From: a virus
Direction: 5' to 3' (one strand)
DNA: 64,000 nucleotides
IMG/VR virus record: IMGVR_UViG_3300009601_000004
Location: 28,737-92,736 of that record
In this document: piece by piece, positions 39,530 to 47,014 of the stretch
How positions within the stretch are numbered: the stretch's first letter is position 1
Layout of the letters: the number at the start of each line of letters is the position of its first letter
The notes under the pieces: model-generated
The model's database searches: none
Seen by the model: the letters and a program-made list of their open reading frames with translations, nothing else
Told to the model about the DNA's origin: nothing
Position numbers and translations under genes: made by a program

Positions 39530-39733
39530 ATGCCGACTTATGTCGAATGTTTCTGTTGCGACAAAGCCGTTCGGGTGGACAAACCCCACTGGCGCGTCCA
39601 CATGCTAACCAGCGGTGAGATCGTAGCGCAGGGCTACGAGTCGAACGAATCACAGGGCACGTTCGGTATCGGCCCTTCCTGCCGCAAAAAGTACCCGCTC
39701 GCCTATCGGGTGAAAGAGCCTCACCATTGCTAG
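39530..39733 (+). CDS. Small Cys-containing protein
   Basis: CFCC ... IGPSC; GGAG RBS. Confidence 0.6.
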   Translation: MPTYVECFCCDKAVRVDKPHWRVHMLTSGEIVAQGYESNESQGTFGIGPSCRKKYPLAYRVKEPHHC

Positions 39734-39804
39734 GCAGAGGACCTCAACACGGCGCTCGACCTCGTGATCAAGCTCGCCACTCACCCCTACGCGGAGATGC
39801 TCTA

Positions 39805-40044
39805 ATGACCCAGCAACCCACACTTACGAGCCGAGTCGCGGCCATGATTACAGCAGGTGCGACCTACCTTGAGGTAGAGAACGCGGTCCATGACATGCTG
39901 ACGGAGCGGTACCCCAACCGTGAAGACATCGAGGAGGAGGCCATGAGGATTGCGACGCGCGAATACGAGAAGGTGCCTGTCGATGACGACGATAGTGGTG
40001 ACAACGACGCGGATGACTTCGCTGACAACTGCTGGGAGGGGTGA
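39805..40044 (+). CDS. Small acidic protein sharing its 17-aa C-terminus with 39000-39221
   Basis: GGAG RBS; ends DSGDNDADDFADNCWEG. Confidence 0.7.
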   Translation: MTQQPTLTSRVAAMITAGATYLEVENAVHDMLTERYPNREDIEEEAMRIATREYEKVPVDDDDSGDNDADDFADNCWEG

Positions 40045-40334
40045 TGCTCGGTGAAACCACAGAAGAGACAGACTTACTTAACCGGGCAGAGTGCGCGGTT
40101 GGCCTCGCTACCGAGTTGGCGCGTGACAACGGGCTCATCACGGCTCTGGTCGAGGGCCGTGCTCGCTACATTGGTGACCATACGGTCGCCGTGTTCGACG
40201 CTGCCATGTTCGCAGAGGTGGCCCGCATGGTGCAGGCAGAGACAGAGGCAAACATCGCGCTTGCTGCTACCCACGAGAAGGAGCGGCAGGCCGAACTGGT
40301 GGAACTCGCGCGTTACGATGCCGAGGTCTACTGA
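40041..40334 (+). CDS. Small acidic hypothetical protein
   Basis: GTGA overlap coupling. Confidence 0.55.
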   Translation: MMLGETTEETDLLNRAECAVGLATELARDNGLITALVEGRARYIGDHTVAVFDAAMFAEVARMVQAETEANIALAATHEKERQAELVELARYDAEVY

Positions 40335-40522
40335 TGATCTACCTAGAACTCATCCGCACCCTGCCAGAAGGCACACAAGGTCGCATCATTGCGGCGGCTC
40401 ATCGCATCGCAGATGCCCGCAACATCGAAGCCAACGGGCAAGGTGCCTACTACGCCAGCCTGCGCATCCTCTATTACGACGAAGAGACGTGGAAAGATGC
40501 CTACCTTGAGGTGTGCGCGTGA
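40334..40522 (+). CDS. Small hypothetical protein
   Basis: TGATG coupling. Confidence 0.55.
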   Translation: MIYLELIRTLPEGTQGRIIAAAHRIADARNIEANGQGAYYASLRILYYDEETWKDAYLEVCA

Positions 40523-40823
40523 AACACTCCCGCACCCCTCACCAAGCGGTACCCACTGAGCACAACGCGTTTGTCGAGCGCTACGGCTTCACACTCTCCC
40601 GCGGCGGCTTCCCGCTTGCCGGCCCTCAAGCTGTGCGTGCGGCCATCGCTCGTGGTGTCTGGTCTTGGAGTATCCTACTGTCTCTACAGACCCGAGCGCA
40701 GCGCCGGACGCTTGTAGACCTGCTCTACACTCACGAGTGGCTCGCAGTTCGCAGCGGCTGCGTGTTGGGTGCGGTGACGCGAGACGCCGCCGATGCTGCA
40801 TTGACCTACGCTACGGAGTGAAG

Positions 40824-41336
40824 CTAACCTATGAGGCGCTCTGCCTCTTTGTGCAGATCACGCGGTAGCCGTTCACCATCAACTAGCCACTCTAGGTAGC
40901 TGGCGGGCACGTCGGCTAGGGCCTTGCCTCGGTGCTTGCCGAAGGGCATCACGTACTCCTCGCCTACGCTGGCAAGGAGACGTTCCCTGGCATCGCCAGT
41001 AACGACGCCTCGGTCGATGCGGTCTAGCAGACGGTACACCTCGAAGGCGTATGTTTCATTGCCCATGGCCGCGCGGGTCTTTGCTCCTATGCGCGGGTCA
41101 TCGTGGTACGTCGCCTGGCGGCTGTCACTCTGATTCACCGACGCATCTCGTGTGCTGCGACTTGCCTCGTGCCGCCTTGCTTCACGGCGCTCACGCGCTT
41201 TCGCACGCACAGCTGGCGATGTCTTGTACTCGTGTTGCCCAGTGCCGCCGCAGGAGAAGCAAACGCCCCCTTGCACATGGTGCGCCCAGTTGAGTCGTCC
41301 TGTGCCATCGCACTTGCCGCAAGTCTCACGATACAT
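40824..41336 (-). CDS. DnaJ-type zinc finger plus DUF3820-like (MPFGKH) domain protein
   Basis: CGKCDGTG, CFSCGGTG; MPFGKHRG..L.DVP.SYLEWL. Confidence 0.75.
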   Translation of the reverse strand: MYRETCGKCDGTGRLNWAHHVQGGVCFSCGGTGQHEYKTSPAVRAKARERREARRHEASRSTRDASVNQSDSRQATYHDDPRIGAKTRAAMGNETYAFEVYRLLDRIDRGVVTGDARERLLASVGEEYVMPFGKHRGKALADVPASYLEWLVDGERLPRDLHKEAERLIG

Positions 41337-44300
41337 CAGCTCTCCCGTCCGAGTAAATCCCAGCGCGCGGCACCCGCAACGGGTCCGGCCTCCCATCGTA
41401 TTTTGCGGGTCGTGCCTTTGGCGGCTTGTACACTTGCTGCCGATCGAGCGCCTTGCTTGCCACGCTTGCCACCGATGAGGGCGACAGGCCGCAACCCTTG
41501 CGATTTAAGGGCCTTGTAGGTATGGCCCCCTTCGCTCTCTAGGCTGTAGGTCACGAACAACCAAGGGCCGTCGGCGTCCCCTCGCTTGCTTGCAGGTGCC
41601 GCTTGTAGAACGGCGCTCGCAAGCATGGAAGATGCACCCGCGACACTGCCGTCGCTTGCGATGCGTGTCAGCTCTAGGACGTTGCGCTGGTCGAGGCGCT
41701 TCCATGGTGCGGAGGGATGACCTGCAGTCGCGACTGCTACCAAGCGGTCACCCCGGAAGGCACCTAGTGCGTACATGGTGCGGCGAGGCAGTTGCTTGAG
41801 TTGGCTGTGGTGAGCAGCTAAGAAGGCCCTAGCGGCCTCCCGGTCGACAGGTGCTAGGCGTAGCTTCTTACCCGCCTCGCCCACTGCCAGGTAGGTGAGC
41901 ATGTCAGCCATTGAGGCGACAGCTAGCCAGGTAGGAAGGGTCTGGTCGTCGTTGCGGGATGCGTCGTCGCGGGTGCGTCCTGTGTCGTGCTTCTTGCCTC
42001 CGGTGTGGCGATAGATCGGGTCACCGAAGGGCGAACCATCCCACCTGCCAGGGTCGGTCTCCATGGCGAGTTTGAACGCATGGACGGCCACAGAGCGGTC
42101 AAGGGCCTTGTCTGCGTTGAGCCCCATCGTACCGAGCACGGTCTCCATGGCTTCGGTGCTTGTCTCGTCGTCTGTCTTGCCTGCCAAGGCTTCCCACGCC
42201 CACGAGGCTTCGGGCTGTCCCAGCCAGTTCTTTGCAGTGCTTACGAGCTGCGCTGCCTGGTCAGGAAGGTCAGAGGGTAGGCCAGCGGGCCGACTGCGCT
42301 TGGTGGGTGTCTTGGGGCTGTAGCGCTTCCACAGACCAGCTTTCGGGTCGCCTGCAATGACCTCGCGGACCGCTTGACGGGTGACGGCGGGTGTCTCCAG
42401 TGTGTGAGCTTCCGCGCGTATCTCGGTCTCCATTGCCTGATGGAACACCTGATCCATGTACCAGGGCGAGTCGTTGGGGGCGTCGGCCTGCATGAACTCT
42501 GTCGGGTCCGCTGCCATGGCCCTACGCCAAGCCTGTGCAACCTTTCGAGGAGGGTTGTAGGCTTTGACCAGTGCGGAGGCCAGACGGTGCCGTGCGGCCT
42601 TCGTCATCCAGTCGAGATCACTCTCCACCTCGGTGCCGTCCATCGACCCACCGGGCGCCCACCGGGTCTCAGCGACGTCGCGACGCGCGGTATCTTTCGT
42701 CTTCATGTAGGGGCCAGGGTGGTGGCGGTTGCCCACCTTGCCGCGCAGGTAGACGCTATCGAAGTAGACCTCTGCACGTGGGTAGGCTTCGCGCACCATG
42801 GACAGGCGTTCTTGTGCTCCAGGTGCGCCGGGTGCGAGTCCCAGGAAGTGGAACGCATTCGGTGGGCTCTTGCGTACCGCACGCAGAAAGGCGCCCAGTT
42901 CTTCGATGGTGGTCGCGTCCTTCTTGCTGGGGATGCCGGCCACGAGCGTTGCACCACGTAGCTCTTTGCTCGCGGCGTTCCACATCTTGGCTTGGTCCCA
43001 CTTCCCGCCACGCTGCAGAGGTACGATGAGCCGGACGGGGGCAAAGGCCCCCAGTGCCCGCAGCTCGGGTGCGTAGCGGTCCCACAGCTTTACGGTGTGT
43101 GCAGGGTCGGCAACGCGGTCAGGGGCCACCAGGAAGAGACCGGGGGCGTGTGCTGGCCATCTGCTAGCAAGCCGATTGTAGACCCCTAGAACCTCTGGCC
43201 AGTTTGGTGCTTTGGCTGCGTCCCAAGCGGGCCCGGTTGCTGTGAACTCAACCTCCGAGAAAGCACCCGAGTCCACGAAGACAGGGACGGCGCTCGCGAT
43301 GTCGAGCAGTGCACCGACAGAGGCCTTGGTCAGCTCGGTCACAGCAACGCCGACGGCCTGACCCGCAGCACCGAGTGCGGCAATTTCAGCGGATCGAGTC
43401 GCACCACTGGCGAAGTAGACAGGAGGCTGCACGGCCTGCGTGCGTGAGCCGCCCATCCCGCTGTCACCGAGGTTTGAGCATATGGAGAGGTCGCCCAGTG
43501 GGAATAGGCCTTGGTCGGTGCCGGCCGACATCGAGCCGGCTGGCGGTCCCGGTCGACGGCCATCGGCTTGCTGCAGGGCGTTGCGGACGTGAGCGAGTAC
43601 AGCTCTGCCCATGTTCACTGGGATGCCGTTCCCTACTTGCTTGTACTCTTCTGCTTGCCCACCTGCGAAGACGTACCAGGAGGGAACATCTTGGAGCTTT
43701 GCGGCCTCTCTAGGCGTGAGCTGCCGGACCTCGCCTAGCTCTGGCGACAGGGCGCCCTTCTTGCCTTCCGGCTGGTGTCCAGGCTCCACAGTGATGCCGT
43801 AGGGGATTCCCTTGTACATGCTCTTGGTCATGGCCGGTGCCAACCAGCGGCCCACCAGGGCATCACGTTTGCCGGTCGGCCACCAGTTCGCGAAGGCCCC
43901 ACCGTAGTCGATGAACCCCTGCAGCTTCAGACGGTTGCGGCCATCCGTCAGCTCGCGATTGAGGTAGGCGATTGACTTGGGTGTCAGCTCGTCTCGGATG
44001 ACGTCGTTGTCGGCTTGCTCGTAGTTGCTGCCCATCTTGCAACCCCCACACATCCCGTCAAGGTTGCCGATGTTCACACACGAGCTGTACCCGAAGCCCC
44101 CGCAACATCCGTCGTTGAGCCGGTCGAATGCACGGGTATAGACGTTGGCCGATCCGTATGGGATCGATCGAGGGTCCAGACGGGTCGGTCTAGGGCCTGC
44201 TCGAAGGTAAGAGGCCCACGGTGCTCCCTTTGGCCAGAGCACGTAGAAGGCCCGTTCCCGCGTCTGCGGTGTACCGAAACTCGCAGCCTTCAAGACCCAC

Positions 44301-44869
44301 ACGGTCCCCTCGTACCCGGCCTCGTCGGCGAGCGTCTTCCACCAGACATCCCAGTAGGCTGACCACTTGCCAGCGCGGACGGTATTTGGGCTGTTTTCCA
44401 TTACGATAACGCGAGGCTGTCCTTCGCGTGCCCAGCGGATAACTTCGGGAAACAGGTTGCGAGGGTCCAGCGGTCCAAGTTGCCTACCCGCAGTGCTCCA
44501 CCCTTGGCAGGGTGGCCCACCTGTGAGGACATCGAGCCCTCCGCGGGGGATGTCCGGTGTCCACTTCGTTGCGTCGGCCTGCTTTGCTTTGCCTGGCAGC
44601 TGCCTGTCGAGCGTCTCAACCGCGGCGGCGTCGCACTCGACTAGCTCCTGCAGGTCGTAGCCTTCGATGAACCCAGCGAGCGCCAGCAGTCCACCACCAG
44701 CAAAAACGTCGGTCATGGTGTAGCGGTCACTCTTGCGGGGTAGGCGTCGCATGGCCTCGTTGAGCTGCACAAGGACAGGCGCACGATTGCGCACCATCCA
44801 CGCCGCCGTGTCGTTGGGCAGTGCTTTGTGCAGAGCCTCAAACAGGTCGCTGGTCGTGCGTACCGCCAC
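41336..44869 (-). CDS. Fusion of C5 cytosine DNA methyltransferase, TGT/DpdA-like transglycosylase and Mom/XF1762-like GNAT
   Basis: FAGGG, GGPPCQ, EN, QTRER, LTPREAAKLQ, QVGN; then VDSGAFS, APD..D, PLQ, HFLG, FDS; then F...HH, LVAVA..G.P, LELTR, LFVTY. Confidence 0.8.
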   Translation of the reverse strand: MAVRTTSDLFEALHKALPNDTAAWMVRNRAPVLVQLNEAMRRLPRKSDRYTMTDVFAGGGLLALAGFIEGYDLQELVECDAAAVETLDRQLPGKAKQADATKWTPDIPRGGLDVLTGGPPCQGWSTAGRQLGPLDPRNLFPEVIRWAREGQPRVIVMENSPNTVRAGKWSAYWDVWWKTLADEAGYEGTVWVLKAASFGTPQTRERAFYVLWPKGAPWASYLRAGPRPTRLDPRSIPYGSANVYTRAFDRLNDGCCGGFGYSSCVNIGNLDGMCGGCKMGSNYEQADNDVIRDELTPKSIAYLNRELTDGRNRLKLQGFIDYGGAFANWWPTGKRDALVGRWLAPAMTKSMYKGIPYGITVEPGHQPEGKKGALSPELGEVRQLTPREAAKLQDVPSWYVFAGGQAEEYKQVGNGIPVNMGRAVLAHVRNALQQADGRRPGPPAGSMSAGTDQGLFPLGDLSICSNLGDSGMGGSRTQAVQPPVYFASGATRSAEIAALGAAGQAVGVAVTELTKASVGALLDIASAVPVFVDSGAFSEVEFTATGPAWDAAKAPNWPEVLGVYNRLASRWPAHAPGLFLVAPDRVADPAHTVKLWDRYAPELRALGAFAPVRLIVPLQRGGKWDQAKMWNAASKELRGATLVAGIPSKKDATTIEELGAFLRAVRKSPPNAFHFLGLAPGAPGAQERLSMVREAYPRAEVYFDSVYLRGKVGNRHHPGPYMKTKDTARRDVAETRWAPGGSMDGTEVESDLDWMTKAARHRLASALVKAYNPPRKVAQAWRRAMAADPTEFMQADAPNDSPWYMDQVFHQAMETEIRAEAHTLETPAVTRQAVREVIAGDPKAGLWKRYSPKTPTKRSRPAGLPSDLPDQAAQLVSTAKNWLGQPEASWAWEALAGKTDDETSTEAMETVLGTMGLNADKALDRSVAVHAFKLAMETDPGRWDGSPFGDPIYRHTGGKKHDTGRTRDDASRNDDQTLPTWLAVASMADMLTYLAVGEAGKKLRLAPVDREAARAFLAAHHSQLKQLPRRTMYALGAFRGDRLVAVATAGHPSAPWKRLDQRNVLELTRIASDGSVAGASSMLASAVLQAAPASKRGDADGPWLFVTYSLESEGGHTYKALKSQGLRPVALIGGKRGKQGARSAASVQAAKGTTRKIRWEAGPVAGAARWDLLGRES

Positions 44870-44872
44870 GCT

Positions 44873-46981
44873 CTACCCCTTCTTCGCGGCTTTAAGCGTC
44901 GGGTGGCCGGTCTCGTGTGGACGTCCACCACCGATGCGGTCGCTTGTCCGAATCCACGCCGTGTTGCCTCGTCCTGTCTTGGCGATTGAGACACTGCCCC
45001 GCACGTAAGCGTCTCCTACCTTTTTCCAGTTCGCCTTTTCCGCTTTGGCCGCGAGCGCTGCACGCTTGGGCTCGACGTGACCAAAGTAAGGCGACAGATC
45101 TATACGCACACCTGTAGCAGCTCGAACACCTTGCCACGCTCGACTGTGCATGACAGACTCTCGGTCTTTGATGCCCGAACCCCCTAACATCTGATGGAGC
45201 TGGAAAGCGAGGGACGCGAAAAGCGTGTACTCGTTGGAGATCTCTAGGGCCTGGTCGTACTGGTCGCCGTCTCTGGGGATGGTGAGCTTGCGCTCTTTGA
45301 ACCACTTGCGGTTGATGGCCTCTTCGACGATGTCAACCGCGAAGTCGCGCGCTTCGTCCTCTTCCCCCGCATACCAGCTAGCGGTCTCTTCCTCCTCTAC
45401 GGCCGCAAGCACAACCTCCTGCAACTCCTTCCCCGTGGGGTCCTTCCAAGACTCCTCCGCATTGCCGGCAGAGACGCCAAAGATGGCAGCAACGTACATG
45501 GCAACCAGGAAGTTCTGCATCTCCTCTGCACCTGGGGCGTCGATGTCGTCCGTCAGCACATCGCCGTCAGACTCGGCTACCATCTTCTTGTAGTAGGCCA
45601 CGACTGTTGGGATGCCTTGAGCACCGGCTTTGCCGCAGGCTGTGCGGACGGTGTTGTACCAGTCCTGCGGCGTCTTGTGGAGGCCCTTGACGGCGCCAGA
45701 GCGCAAGATCTGGCCAAAGGCGAGCCAGTCGAGTGCAGCCGCTTCGCGAATCAGCGTGAACGAGCCGAACGCATCCTTGGGCTCTGCGTTGAAGTTGCGA
45801 CTACTGAAGCCCATGATCTTCGCATCGTATGCGTTGGTGGCCAGATACTTCGAGGCTTCCCCAACGAGCAGCACAGCACCATAGCCCCCCTCGAAAGCTC
45901 CCATGAGATGCAGTGGTGCCTTATCCCCTGCGTGACGTCGACCACTCCCACTCCAGTCACCTAGAGCCTGTCCACGCTGTGGCTTCGCTTTGGGGGAGGG
46001 CTTCACCTTGGCGCGCTTGGCGTTGACAGCATCTGCGGTCTTGTTGAACTCTGCCATGACCTTATGAGACTCGACCTGCATCCAAAGTGCCGTATCTCGC
46101 GTAGCTGGGTTGGCCTGGAGCACGGCGTAGACTGCATTGAAGAGTTGGACACCTGTGACGCCTGCTCGTGTGGTCGCGGGTGCTTTAACTCTCGCTGGTG
46201 CCTTTTGTGCGGTGTACACGCCGCTCTGATCTACCAGCCACTGGATAGCTTGGTTCTTTGGCGGGAAGGCCTGCGCTGCACGGCTCTGATACTGCTTGTC
46301 CACAAACATGAAGTCGGCTTTAGTGGGCGCGCTAGCTCCCGCTGGTCGGCGTGCCTCCCAGCGTTCTGCCCCAGACATAACGCCACCCTTGATGTGGTCT
46401 GCTGTGCCTATGAACCGCCGACGCCGCCGATAGTCAGTGAGGTAGACGTCACCTTGCTTGGTCAGTTCTGCCCCATAGGTTTCGCCGGCCTGACTAGGCC
46501 CGCCCTTGGGTGTCATTGTGTAGGACCCAGGCTTGACAGCTCCCGTGGCTTTCGTCACTGCTGCTGTAGCGACTGCGGTGCCTGGCCCACTCGCCACAGT
46601 GCCGCCCGTGACCGCGTGCCGCTTGATCAGTCGGAGGACGTTGGCCACCGCTTGCTGCGGCTTGCTGTCAATCGCCCACTTACGCTCGGCTTTCGGCATC
46701 TTGCCGTCAATGAAGACGTGCTGATTTTGCTTCCAATGGGGGAGACCCACAGCCTTATGGTCGCCCCAGAAGCTGTGAATGAAGCCGCCCGCTACGCTTA
46801 CCTTAGCGCCACCTGGGACCGTGTCAAAGTAGTATTCAGTGCCACCCAGCGGGTCTACCTCCGCACGGTAGGGCACGCCCAGGCTAGCCACACCATTTGC
46901 AAGCGCTATAGTTAGCGCTATCTGCAGTTGTTTGCGGTCCTTCTCGGTTGCTCGGTACAGACGTTCGGCCATGTGTTCCAT
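44873..46981 (-). CDS. Large multidomain protein with an internal copy of the shared domain
   Basis: 702-aa ORF; LFNAVYAVL..TALWM..AVNAKR; true start may be 46972. Confidence 0.65.
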   Translation of the reverse strand: MEHMAERLYRATEKDRKQLQIALTIALANGVASLGVPYRAEVDPLGGTEYYFDTVPGGAKVSVAGGFIHSFWGDHKAVGLPHWKQNQHVFIDGKMPKAERKWAIDSKPQQAVANVLRLIKRHAVTGGTVASGPGTAVATAAVTKATGAVKPGSYTMTPKGGPSQAGETYGAELTKQGDVYLTDYRRRRRFIGTADHIKGGVMSGAERWEARRPAGASAPTKADFMFVDKQYQSRAAQAFPPKNQAIQWLVDQSGVYTAQKAPARVKAPATTRAGVTGVQLFNAVYAVLQANPATRDTALWMQVESHKVMAEFNKTADAVNAKRAKVKPSPKAKPQRGQALGDWSGSGRRHAGDKAPLHLMGAFEGGYGAVLLVGEASKYLATNAYDAKIMGFSSRNFNAEPKDAFGSFTLIREAAALDWLAFGQILRSGAVKGLHKTPQDWYNTVRTACGKAGAQGIPTVVAYYKKMVAESDGDVLTDDIDAPGAEEMQNFLVAMYVAAIFGVSAGNAEESWKDPTGKELQEVVLAAVEEEETASWYAGEEDEARDFAVDIVEEAINRKWFKERKLTIPRDGDQYDQALEISNEYTLFASLAFQLHQMLGGSGIKDRESVMHSRAWQGVRAATGVRIDLSPYFGHVEPKRAALAAKAEKANWKKVGDAYVRGSVSIAKTGRGNTAWIRTSDRIGGGRPHETGHPTLKAAKKG

Positions 46982-46993
46982 CCTTCGTATCCG

Positions 46994-47009
46994 CAGTCTA
47001 GCGGTCTAG
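46994..47009 (-). promoter_or_regulatory. CGCTAGACTG motif copy 3 (extended CTAGACCGCTAGACTG)
   Basis: Exact match in the short intergenic gap upstream of 46981. Confidence 0.6.
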
Positions 47010-47014
47010 GGGCG

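Noticed and set aside
39168-40044. Duplicated 3' ends as a diversity-generating retroelement TR/VR pair
   Set aside because: Differences are synonymous and not confined to adenines; no reverse transcriptase in the window
520-46915. Long opposite-strand ORFs such as 520-1338, 9777-10727 and 46064-46915
   Set aside because: Shadow ORFs antisense to well-supported genes; expected in GC-rich DNA and without motifs
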